64,000 nucleotides of DNA. It comes from Octopus sinensis. Its lineage: Eukaryota. Shown in pieces: positions 1-11,397 of this stretch. Position 1 is the stretch's first letter. Each line of letters opens with the position of its first letter. The translations under genes and the position numbers were made by a program. The stretch covers positions 42,904,001 to 42,968,000 of the forward strand of contig NC_043012.1 of the NCBI RefSeq assembly GCF_006345805.1, given 5' to 3'. Below the pieces are notes generated by a model. That model had not been told where the DNA came from. It did no database searches and worked only from the letters and a program-made list of their open reading frames with translations.

Positions 1-59
<59 letters not shown>

Positions 60-148
60 TATGTATATATGGTATATATATATGTATATATGGTATGTAT
101 ATATGGTATATATATATGTATATATGGTATATATATATGTATATATGG

Positions 149-179
<31 letters not shown>

Positions 180-398
180 GGTATATATATATATATGGTA
201 TATATATATATGGTATATATATATATGTATATATGGTATATATATATATATATATTTATATGTATATATGGTATATATATATATTTATATGTATATATGG
301 TATATATATATATTTATATGTATATATGGTATATATATATATTTATATGTATATATGGTATATATATATATTTATATGTATATATGGTATATATATAT

Positions 399-455
<57 letters not shown>

Positions 456-497
456 TGTATATGTATATATAGTGTATATATATGTATGTATATATAT

Positions 498-548
<51 letters not shown>

Positions 549-556
549 TATATATA
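1..556. repeat. Compound (TA)n microsatellite with periodic G/GG interruptions
   Basis: Direct reading: TATATATGGTATATATATATG-type units. Produces the spurious YI-repeat ORFs. Confidence 0.95.
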
Positions 557-591
557 TATCTATAATAATATGTTACATTACTCAATAGTCA

Positions 592-654
592 AGATAAAAC
601 TCTGAGTTTCAGATGCCGAAGTGGAAATCCACAACACCATCTCTTCAGTTATCT
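592..654 (-). ncRNA. Minimal type I hammerhead ribozyme motif (canonical CUGAAGA core)
   Basis: Minus strand reads AGATAA-CTGAAGA-GATG..CATC-T-GAA-ACTCAGAGT-T-TTATCT: stem I, core, stem II, near-palindromic stem III, GUU triplet. Confidence 0.7.
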
Positions 655-1475
655 GGCTATCTGAAAAACGCTATGAAAAAATACCGTTATATAAAGGGAA
701 ATGCCTCTATCTCTAAAGAACTGCTAGATAAAGCCCTTGTCTTCGCTAGTGATTTCATAGAAATCAGTACAAATGATAAGGACATAATCTTCCATGCTAG
801 AAAGACCTTACTTTTCAGTTAGAACGCAAAGTGGGTCAAAAATACCGACACAGAGGGTGTTTTCGATGTGAGCATGGGGTCATATGATGGAGCAGGCATT
901 TGCGATCTTATTGGATTTTTTCTCCTAGATACTTTAGGTAAGACATTTCCTGACGTATATTTCGCCATCTACAAAGATGATGCCCTCGCTTTAACCGCTA
1001 ATACAAATGGACCAGCACAGGATCGTTTTAGGAAGGATATTATCCAATTAATGGAGCTTGCATGTCCGAGACCATCATCTATGAAGCTACCGTAGACTCT
1101 ATAACCACTAAAGACACCGTTTCGGCGAAGAAATATGTTTGCCTTACAGAGGGTAATTTCAAGGCCATGTTCAATAACCACACCTTGAGTTTTAGGCACT
1201 GGAACAAAAGAAAAACGACACAATTATCTAATCATATTTGGTCTTTAAAAGATAAAGGTGTTGAATATAACATACATTGGAAGATTTTGGCCAAATGTAA
1301 GCCCTATACCAACGGCAGCGGTAGGTGCAGTCTATGCGACATGGAGAAATGGCTTATCTGGAAAAGCAGCTTAGACCCTACTACATGTCTAAACTCAAGG
1401 ATAGAACTTTTCGGATCATGCCCACATGTGACTAAATTTTTGTTACGTTTTTGGTCCCCTAAAGAAAACAGATAG
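613..1475 (+). pseudogene. Disrupted Penelope RT C-terminal half and GIY-YIG endonuclease
   Basis: ORF-track pieces 613-822, 868-1095 and 1062-1475 are broken by a stop and by deletion/frameshift. Confidence 0.85.
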
Positions 1476-2182
1476 AACATGCTTTCTATGTTATGTCCCA
1501 AAAAGTTTTTTATCTCATTATACCTTTTATCATATATTTTTTCATATTTTTATATTTTCGCACATAATAATTTTTTCTGTACTTTTCTATCCTGCATTTT
1601 TTCCTGTGCCTATATAGACATGTATATAGATTCATTTATACACGTGTGTGAATATGTATGAATGGGCAGTTTTTTAGATGTGTGCGTGTGTGCGGACATA
1701 AGAATGCTCATATATATATATATATATATATATATAGACGTTTTTACTTAGTATTTAAAAAAAAAAATTTGGTGGGAGGGACATATGTATATTCAATTTT
1801 TGTATATGCGTGTGTATGTATGCGTATATAAATATGTGCTGGTATGTACATATATGGGCGTGTGTGTGTATGAGTGCATAGGGGCTTATCCGTATATGTA
1901 CGTGGTTTTTATGCTTTGTATACTTCCTTATTATATATATATTTTTTCTGCTATCTTTAACCATGGTTTTTCTTGTGTTTGTGCATATATAGACGTATGT
2001 ATGAACTTTTACGGTACGCATGTGTGTGTGTATGAGGTTGTATATATATGCGTATATATTTGGCGAAAAATGCGAGTGAAGATGTGTACGTTTTCATAGT
2101 GACGTATAAGTATGCACGTGGGTCGCGAGCAGAATTATAATACAGTAATTTCCCTTTATATAACAGTATTTTTTCATAAGCC

Positions 2183-2245
2183 AGATAACCGAAGAGATGG
2201 TGTTGTGGATTTCCACTTCGGCATCTGAAACTCAGAGTTTTATCT
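2183..2245 (+). ncRNA. Hammerhead ribozyme motif, CCGAAGA core variant
   Basis: Same 63-nt sequence as the 592-654 motif except U4 replaced by C. Confidence 0.6.
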
Positions 2246-2457
2246 TGACTATTGAGTAATGTAACGTATTATTTTATAGATAAATTTCCTCTATTTACAT
2301 AATATTGAGGTCTCTTTCTTTCTTTCTTTTGTTATCTTACCGCTTTTACCAATAAATTACCTCCCAGACGATGCTATTCTTCACTAAGAGCTAATACAGC
2401 TTTTTTGGATTATAACCGAACATCGGTTGAGGACTCTTACACACAGAAGAATTTAAT

Positions 2458-2630
2458 ATGGATGCATATTACATAGATTATTCTATGAAAAATATACCTA
2501 TCCCATCAAGGGAACTTTATTCAAAGAAACTTTTAGAGAAAATTACTGATCTAATTAAGCGCATGAGATGGAAAGCTTTCTTTTTTGATACAGAAGTGGA
2601 CACCATGGAAAATACTTTCTATCGTATAAA
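2458..2630 (+). pseudogene. N-terminus of a Penelope-like ORF (next tandem unit, truncated)
   Basis: MKNIPIPS...LIKRMRWKAFFF resembles the N-terminus of PLE ORFs and directly follows the pseudo-LTR. Confidence 0.6.
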
Positions 2631-2639
2631 ATGTAAAAA

Positions 2640-3110
2640 ATGGTGGAGTTGCTGTATACATCCGTGATGATCTCCCACCCCAGGTATTGCTGTCATACTC
2701 AAATTCGGTATGTGACACTTTAATTGTATGCATAAGACTACATAATATAGTCATATGCAATACATATTGCCCACCGGATGCTCCAAACCACATTGGCAAG
2801 TTTGAAGATTGCCTCACAAGAATTAAGGAAATCCTCATGAATCTGGAACACCATGTGACCACATTCCTTATGGGTGATTTCAGCTTCCCCAACGTCAAAT
2901 GGCCTGAAGGTCTCATACTCTCAGGAACGACTCATTGCAAGCAAGCACAGGTGGAGTCCCTGCTCAACCTCACTAATGCCTTATTCATGGAGCAAGCTGT
3001 ACTCAGACCAACTAGGGTGAAAAACATTCTGGATCTCTATTTCACGAACAATATGGACATCATTCATGATGTGAAAGTGACACTGACATTAGTCTCGGAT
3101 CACAACATAA
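2640..3110 (+). mobile_element. Non-LTR retrotransposon APE/EEP endonuclease fragment (CR1/L2/Jockey-like)
   Basis: YCPP...MGDFSFPNVKW...PTRVKNILDLYFTN motifs in ORF 2687-3154. Confidence 0.8.
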
Positions 3111-4679
3111 CAGAGAGAAGGAAAGAATGTAAGAGAATGGAGAAAGAAGATTAGTTAAAAATAGCAAAAAGTAACAAAATAATAAAAAATAATGTAAAAA
3201 TGAACAATAAAACCCTGAAGATATGAAGAAAGGGAATAAAGAAAAAGAAAAAAGAAAAAACAAAGATATAGAACAGTCAGTGGTCAGTGGAGATAATTTG
3301 AGAGTAGGAGTGGGGATAGAGAGAGAAAGGCATTATAGTGTAAATGATAGTGAAATGGGGGGGGGGTTAAAGGGTAGAGGGAAGACCAATGTGTAGTAGT
3401 AGCTTCGAATTGTGATGCAAAGATATGAAGGATTCAGGAAATAGCAGTTCAGTGGTCTGAGAAAATATATATGTGAAGATGTATATACATGTATATATCA
3501 GATAAGTTACATATACAATCCTTATTCGCATGTGTATGCCCTCATACATGCTTATATGCTCATCTGCGTGTATCATTGCCCCTGCATATACAGGTATATA
3601 TACCTTGCATGTGTATAAATGTTTACACATACCCACATGTATGCATACATGCATACCCTCACTCGTATGTATACATGTGCGCATGGGTGTGTACGTGTAT
3701 AGAGGTAAACGAATATAATCAGATGGTTGCATATGTGAGAAACTAGATAGGGGCTATGAGTTAGGGTGTAAATTTATGGGTTAATGGGATTACCTAATTA
3801 TTTCGGAAATGTACAGCATGGTCATTTTGACATTTGGATTTGTGATAGAATTTAAATGTGTGATAAAAGCAGTGGTTATGTTTATCGTTATGTTTATCAA
3901 GCAGTGTTGGAGGGTTTTGCTTTAATATTTAGAGTGTCTCCTTTGGGCAAAGCTTGCAGATTGAGCATTGACCTTGGTAGGGAAGTCCTGAGTCTAGTAT
4001 GGACCATGATAGAGTATAAGGTACATTTGCATTTTTGAGATGCTGTATGTGGTTGGCGAGTGTTGTAGATTTAACATACTGCAAGCTCACTGGTTAGATA
4101 ATAAAAAATAAGTAAATGAAAAAATTAGATTTCCTATATTCAGTTGAGTGGCTAGTGGCTGGAATGGTATCCAGCTGTTAAAAGATGTAATAAAGCTTCC
4201 CACTCATACAGCATTGAGAATTGAATTCAAGTTGGTGTTGAAGATAACAGGGTAATGAAATGGTATGAGTCATCGAAAATACGTTTAGTTTGTACCTGTG
4301 CATGTATGAAATTACACACACACACACACTGTGTATATATTTTGTATAAGTATATACATATATGTATGTATTTTGTATATGTATGTTTATGTGCATGTGT
4401 GTGCATATATATAGATATATAGTTGGAATTTACAGAAAAAAGATGTTCTGGTATTTGCTGAATTTTCTCTGGAGAACATTTTTTTTTTGTAGTTAGATCG
4501 CATGTGATATTCTAGTGTATGGTTATCCACCTAGTGGTTTATCCCTAAATATACATATGTATTGAAATTTTTTTTGATTTTTAAGATTTTTTATATATGC
4601 TAGGCTACTGGTTTTAAATTGATATTAAATTAATATTCAATTTATCTCCCTCATTATTTGAATTATATATATATATATG

Positions 4680-5030
4680 AAGGCACGTGGCTCAGTGGTT
4701 AGAGCGTCAAGCTTACGATCGTGAGGTTGTGAGCTCGAATCCCAGACCGGGCTGCGTGTTGTGTTCTTGAGCAAGACACTTTATTTCACATTGCTCCAGT
4801 TCACCCAGCTGTAGAAATGAGTTGCGACGTCACAGGTGCCAAGCTGTATCGGCCCTTGCCTTTCCCTTGGACAACATCGGTGACGTGGAGAGGGGAGGCC
4901 GGTATGCATGGGCGACTGCTGGTCTTCCATAAAACAACCTTGCCCAGACTTGTGCCTCAGAGGGTAACTCTCTAGGTGCAAACCCATGGTCTGTGTCTGA
5001 CCGAAGGGGGTCACCATCACCATATCGTAA
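4680..5030 (+). mobile_element. tRNA-derived SINE
   Basis: A box TGGCTCAGTGG, B box GCTCGAATCCC, then GTTGTGTTCTTGAGCAAGACAC central domain and an unrelated tail. Confidence 0.85.
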
Positions 5031-5284
5031 CTAAAGGAGTGGAGATGAGTGGCATATTGTTGCTTAAATTTTTTGGTCATCCTATGTATATGGCTGTAAA
5101 GTTGTGCAATTGGTTAAGGACTGTGCATTTGTAGATTACATTATATCTTCTGCAATCGGTTTGTAGCGGGCAGTTGATTCCAGGACGGCAATTACAATTA
5201 GGTGAATTTTGAGGACCGTGTTTGGTAACTGAGGAGGTAGTATCATCAGAAGAGAGGCTATAGAAGGCGGGGAATTATATATTA

Positions 5285-5287
<3 letters not shown>

Positions 5288-5335
<48 letters not shown>
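5288..5335. repeat. (ATT)n microsatellite
   Basis: Direct reading. Confidence 0.95.
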
Positions 5336-5339
<4 letters not shown>

Positions 5340-6103
5340 TATCATCATTACTAACGTTATCATTACTACTATTGTTACTGCTACTTCTGCTAATTGTCGG
5401 GGCATTAGAGATTGTGGTGGTGTTCCGGGCATTGTCAGTAGAATGGGTTGGGATGCAGTTATGACCAAGCGTAATGGTATCTATGCTAGATGTGTGTTGA
5501 TTATTTGTATTAGTAGAGTTGTAGTTATGTGAGTTTTGATAGTAAAGAGAGAGCATTTGCTTATTCAATGATGCTACCTATCTTCTGATGATACTACCTC
5601 CTCTGTTACCAAACAAGGATGGGTCATTTGAAGTTTTCTTTCTTCAGTGAAGCACCAGATTATCCTTGCAATTTTGGCTGATTATTCTTGAGATTGCTCC
5701 AATCTGGCCAGCCCAAGGAAAAACTGAGCTAATTGCATTAGAAAGCAGTAGAAAAAACAGACAATGAGCCTTACGCCATTGATACAAAAATTTCACAAAC
5801 ACATGGAAGAATATCGATGTTGCACAGACAAAGGTCAGATCAAGAAAGAAAGAACAGGCTTGGCTGAACACTGGTCACGTGGGAAGAGAAGAGAGAGAAG
5901 TAGAAGCAGAGGGACAGAAGAATTAAGGAGGGGTGAGAAAAAAATGACAGGAAAACAGTGAAGGGAAAGTGAGTAAAAAGAGAAGGCAAAGAGGGAGAAC
6001 GAAAGAAACGAATAAGCGTGAAAGGGTGGATAGACAGAAATAGTCATACAAGATTTAGAAAAATGTGTACTTACATATAAGAGACCAAAGTGTATGTACC
6101 TCG

Positions 6104-6149
<46 letters not shown>

Positions 6150-6700
6150 GTTTATATATTTGTTTTGCAAGATTTTTGATGTGAAATCGCGTGTTGAAAC
6201 AGATATTGTTGTATTTAGGAATGGTCATTTTGCCAGTTTAGCCAATAAAAACACGGACTATATATTTGGTGTTACTTTGCTTCAGCGTTATTTATTTTTT
6301 ACATTAATCTTAATCTTATTTCGGCCAGAGTTCTTTCGTCACACTCCTGTGACCGCATCAGTGGTCCTTTGCTTTCTTCTTTCTTATTTGTGTGTCTCTC
6401 CTTACTAACGGTTAGTAAGTAATGATTGTGTGTACTTGTATATATCTATAAATAAGGTTATATGTGTATCTAAGACGTATCCTGTCACCGTGAGATGGTG
6501 GTGAGAGGGACAAACACGCACATACACACACATGTGTATGTGTGTCTATATACATGTATACAACTTGAAAAGACATATCAATACATAAACATACGTTCAC
6601 ATGTATGTACACACTTAACCTAAGTACTCACGTACATACATAAGTACATACGTAGATACAGGCATGCACACATGCATACACATGTACACAAATGCATACT

Positions 6701-6738
<38 letters not shown>

Positions 6739-7467
6739 CGTACATATATATCATGAACTAACTGTTACTTTCTCAGATGCAGCATGGAATTTTGTCAGTG
6801 AACTGGTCGCGGTCCCAAAGCGACAAAAATATTTTGATAAATTAAATTTAAATGTTGAAGTGAATCTAACGTCTTTTGTGTATTTCTTAAATGGCTTATA
6901 AACACCTTCCTCTCTGCAATTGTTATATATATATATATGTATGTATGTGTGTGTGTGTGTGTTTGTGTGTGTGAGACTTAGCATTGCCGGGTCTAGTGCT
7001 AATGCTTGTTGTTCATTTCCAGTGTTTCAATAAAAAGTTCTTACTTAATCAAGGTAGTGCAGAAACACTGTATAACTCGTGAGTTCTAGCCTTGAATTGT
7101 CTTAGATACCAGTGTGCTTCTGTTTGGTTAGCTCTAAAATGGGGTAAGAACAAAACTCAGGCTTTTTACAGATAAAGATTGCTCCATTTTGTGCTAAATC
7201 CTTTTCTTTGTTTTGGGAAATTATGTTCGCCTTTCCATTGCATATGTTTTTTAACATGTTTGACTGAGCCTCTGCAGATTCTGAGCACAGTGAAGCTTTA
7301 CTGTAGCATTGTAAATTTATCGACTGCTATTTCCAGTAAACATTGGTGCCTTGTTGTATCACTACTCTATAGCCCTACCTTTACGTTGCTTTATTTTACT
7401 GGAAAGTAATACATTTGTTTTGTAATATTTAATTCTTCATTGAAAAATATATTATGTGTGTGTGTAA

Positions 7468-7534
<67 letters not shown>

Positions 7535-7946
7535 AATTGAGATAGGGGTTGTAAATGCAACCCTCTATGGGATAACGTATATCCAACATACTGCTAGTGA
7601 AGTACCCAACAAAGTTAATACATAAATGTTAATGATTGCGATGCAATCAATTCATTTACTGTATTATATGGGCAAAGGTAAAATGATTTACCACAAATTA
7701 CTAATACAAGATAAGAAAATGGAGAAATACATCTAAATCAAATATCAATTACCAGATAATACTCAATCACATACTTTATTAAACCACCACATAAGAGACT
7801 ATAGGGTTAAATATAAAAAGCAGAACAAATCTGTGTACATAAAGGAATGTACATAAAAAAGTGTACATAAAAGAGTAATGTTGTATAATAAGTAGAATAT
7901 ATATAGAAGAGAATATAAATACAAGTAAATATAAATATAAGTATAA

Positions 7947-8086
7947 ATTACATCTTACAGCTGTTTCGGCCATGTCGATAATTATGTCTCATTTTACCAA
8001 TATTAACCCTTTATGGTTGGTCAATATATAGATATAAATGAGACATTAACAAAAATATCACAAGGCCTCTTCGGAGATTATGTAAT
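7947..8086 (-). ncRNA. Type I hammerhead ribozyme motif with long stem II (second family)
   Basis: Minus strand reads ATTACATAATCT-CCGAAGA-GGCC..92 nt..GGCC-GAA-ACAGCTGT-A-AGATGTAAT. Stem III is a perfect palindrome; GUA triplet. Confidence 0.65.
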
Positions 8087-8692
8087 ATAACTCAGTCTAC
8101 ATATATACCCACATGGGTGTGGGTGCGTACCCACAATACAACATATAAATATACATATGAGTGCATATACTCACACTCCTATACATATAAAAATATACAT
8201 TTACATAATGATATAAATAAATAATATAAATTAGTAAACATATATGTGTTCCACACTCAATGTCTCAGTTTTTCGACTTAATATTGTGATAATAAACATA
8301 CACAAATTAATACCTAGATGCAAATATACATAGTCAATAGTACATTATATTACTTCATAATAGTTTCTAAAGTGTCATTAAAGTTAGTATCATTATCGTT
8401 GTCAATACCATTAATGTTATCATTGTTATCATTCATAATATTATTAATAACTCTTACATTATGATCCAGAGCGGAATATATGTATGTCCGTGTTCCAGTT
8501 AATAATTTTCCTTATGGCATAAATACACTATTAGATTTGAATTTAAAATTATCATTATCTTCCTCACGGTTGGTCAATTGAGAACCGCCCGACCTCCACC
8601 ACACCGTACAAGCAAAACATACACATCCACATCTAACCCTAAACCCATACATCCACACAGACTCACACACACATGAATACACTCCGACACTA

Positions 8693-9240
8693 GGTAACAG
8701 AAGCTGTCAACTACTTGTAGTTTTTCTCCCTGGAATGTGATGGCAGTTGTTCTCTGCACATTTTCAGTGTTTATTGCACCTGAGCACCTGCCACATACAA
8801 CGACTATCTTCCCAGTTAGCCTTCCTTTGATATTGCTGCACCTCTTATGTGTTCATAGCTTACACTGGGTAGATCGAGCAGGGCCATCTACCTGAAGGGA
8901 TTTGTGGTTTTTCTTCCTGCCCGCTTATTAAGAGTTTTTTTTTTAGCTAGGTTGACTCTAAAGCCCTTCGTTTCTAATCCTTGCTTCCACACCTGAAACT
9001 TCTCCTCTAGTTCTGATAGTGGCTCAGCAATTAGGGCAAGGTCATCAGTATAGAGGAGTTCCCAGGGGTATCCTGTCTTGAATTCCTGTGTTATTACCTG
9101 GAGGACTATGATAACCAGGAAGGGTTATCCTCGGTGGACTGCTATCTCCACTCGGAATTCTTCCCTGTACTCATTGTGAATCTTCACCTTACTGACAGCA
9201 TCCCTGTACATGGATTGCATAGCTCTCATGTATATATGTC
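8693..9240 (-). mobile_element. RTE LINE RT fragment (decayed)
   Basis: Collinear with 36140-36720 of the large RTE copy (GEKLQVVDSFCYL). Confidence 0.85.
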
Positions 9241-10845
9241 AAAACATATGTGTATATATAATCTCTATATATAAAACTGAAATGCGTTTCGACCGCTTGG
9301 ATCGCTTTGAAGGCCACTACATCCCGTTGGATTGACTCCAAAATTTACAGGGACATGTAAAATGAGGTGATGATGCCCGTAGGCTACCTTAGAAATCCCT
9401 ATCTTAAAAGGTGTCGTTGCTAGGGCCAAAAACCCACTTTGACAAGTCCACTCCCGTTCTTTAATGTATGTCTTCCTCAACTCACTCTCGCTATTTCCTC
9501 TCTTCCCAGCACTTTTTCACTCACTCTATTTCCTACATTCCCATCACTTTCACTTCGTCAAACGGCCTGCTTTTATGTATCTGTCTGCATTCATAGAGAA
9601 AATTACCATCACCACCACAACCAACACACAATCATGACAACAAATATTATGAATCTCGCCATCGCATTCTATTGTCTGCCTGTCAACGCGCCGATCGAGC
9701 AAATACAAACAGAACACACCAACGAGCATTCGTGTTCTGGTGATAACGTAGGTTTTTCGTATCTATTACATTTTAACATTTATTTAGAACCCTGCAAATT
9801 TTTCGTGCTAAATTTACATTTTTTACTACTTTATTTTTTCTTAAATTGATGCTTTTATTAAAATTATAATTCTAATTGTCTGGGTCAGCAGTTCGTTTCC
9901 TCGGAGGATATGGAAATTCCTATTACCCAGAGAGAAATAACTCCAGCAGCTCACAACTATTTCAACAAAGACAAGGTTACCTGCTTACCAGTCGAATTCA
10001 GCGTCAACGCTCATGTATGAGAGACACTCCAACACACATATCTACATATATATCATGTGTGCATTATGTGGTCGGTTGAGCTGAAAATATGCAGACCTAT
10101 GTTAAAAGTGCTGGCAAGTTTGCATGACAACTATTTTTTTTCCTCAAATGAAACGCATGACCTCTTGGACAAAATTCCTCATCTTTTAAAATGTGGCCCC
10201 AGTAGACCCGAATGAAATCAGGTTATATTAACCAAAATGTGAAAATGGGGCTGGAAGGTGATTAAAATTTAAATGAGCGGGTGTTTAGGAATTCTCTGTT
10301 ACATCAAGCTAAAAAATTTGCGCCAGCCTTTTAATCGTCAATGTGTTGCCGTCCATGATGAAGAAGTTTTGAATGCTTGCCATGGTGAGTCTACTGTCGT
10401 GAGAAAGAATCACTTCAAAACTTGGTGTTTAGGGATTTTCTTTTACATCAAGTTCAAAATTTTACGCCAGCCGTTAAACTGTCAATACGTTGCTGTCCGT
10501 CATTATGAAATGCCAGCCATGGTGACTCTACTATCCTCACATTCTATCCCTTCAAACTTTGGTTTCCAATATTTTATTATTTTTATTCAGCTCGCAAGTT
10601 CGTCTGTCTCTTTTAAATGTTAGCGTTTTGCTGTCTGCCTTGAAGCAGACCTTTCCGTTGTTACTGCCTGATATTTATGATTGATCTTTCTAAATATTTT
10701 ATTTCTCAACTTACTCAAGATCTTTTGTTGTTTATAAATGGGAGAGAGATAGAGAGTAAGAGAAAGCGAGGGAGAGTCCGAGAGAAAGGAAGAGTAAGAG
10801 AGTGGGGAAAGCGAGAGAGAAACAAAGAGGGAGAATCATCATCAT

Positions 10846-11145
10846 CATCATTTAAAGTCCGTTTTCCGTGCTAGCATGGGTTGGACAGTTTGACTGGGGT
10901 CTGGGAAGCCAGGAGGCTGCACCAGGCTCCATTCTGATCTGGCAGTGTTTCTACAGGTGGATGACCTTCCTAACGCCAACCACTCTGTGAGTGTAGTGGG
11001 TGCTTTTTTCGTGCCGCCAGCACAGGTGCCAGGGGGGCTCGCAGCGGCAACGATTGGTTGGTGCTTTTTACGTGCCACCAGCACAGAAGCCAGTCAAGGC
11101 GGCGCTGCAATCGGCCACGTTCGGATGGTGCTTTTTACGTGCTGA
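10846..11145 (-). mobile_element. RTE 3' tail / RTE-tailed SINE-like copy
   Basis: (CAT)n-TTAAAGTCCGTTTTCCGTGCTAGCATGGG signature shared with the RTE 3' ends. Confidence 0.8.
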
Positions 11146-11259
11146 AAGGAAGCAACAGAAAGTAACAACCACACTCTTACCTGCGTGTAGAGCGGGTCAC
11201 CTTCAGCTAGTATTATATATATTATATTTAATAATAAATAAAGTAAAATATGTGTTAGC

Positions 11260-11397
11260 AACCATTATCTTGGCCTATGCCCCTTAGCCGGGGCTACCCA
11301 ATGGACAGAAAGACCAATTCTATGACACCCTCTTGCAGACTACCTCGTTGCTGAATGACAGGGACCTTCTCTTTGTGGCTGGTGACTTCAATGGCAG
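11260..11397 (+). mobile_element. RTE endonuclease fragment
   Basis: TIILAYAP...LFVAGDFNG, matching 60470-60580. Confidence 0.85.

Larger units (their letters stand above)
557..2640 (+). mobile_element. Penelope-like retroelement: inverted pseudo-LTR piece, 5'-truncated RT + GIY-YIG ORF, pseudo-LTR, then restart of the ORF N-terminus
   Basis: RT motifs SMGSYDGAGICDLIG and YKDDAL. GIY-YIG-like KKYVCLTEGNFK...CSLCDMEK...LNSRIEL. About 557-659 is an inverted copy of about 2180-2283. Confidence 0.85.

Noticed and set aside
56-605. Long YI/IY-repeat ORFs (also at other TA arrays)
   Set aside because: Translation of (TA)n microsatellite, not genes.
2362-2402. Second hammerhead-like motif in the pLTR (CAGACGATGCT..AGCTAATACAGCT)
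   Set aside because: Both core halves are defective.
3720-4260. Possible decayed retroelement coding remnant on the minus strand (similarly 24800-27400, 49450-49900, 53111-53518)
   Set aside because: No unambiguous motif readable by eye.
4680-4760. tRNA-like sequence (also heads at about 13560-13640, 22402, 51190, 52150)
   Set aside because: SINE heads with A/B boxes, no complete cloverleaf.
5226-5610. ~33-bp inverted repeat flanking the ATT array
   Set aside because: Short and in decayed repeat-like sequence; most likely a rearranged retroelement remnant.
6776-6901. Possible exon or promoter (DAAWNFVSELVAVPK...)
   Set aside because: No Myb motif and no convincing donor; cannot be supported.
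7023-7053. 31-nt candidate exon in compatible phase with exon a
   Set aside because: Weak donor (GTAGTG) and no homology support; expected by chance.
9280-9325. GGTCGAAACGC hammerhead-like half motif on the minus strand
   Set aside because: No CUGANGA-like 5' core or stem I; at best a decayed relic.
10280-10533. Two diverged ~115-bp direct repeats with 144-bp period
   Set aside because: No termini, ORF or structure to assign; probably subterminal repeats of an old transposon.
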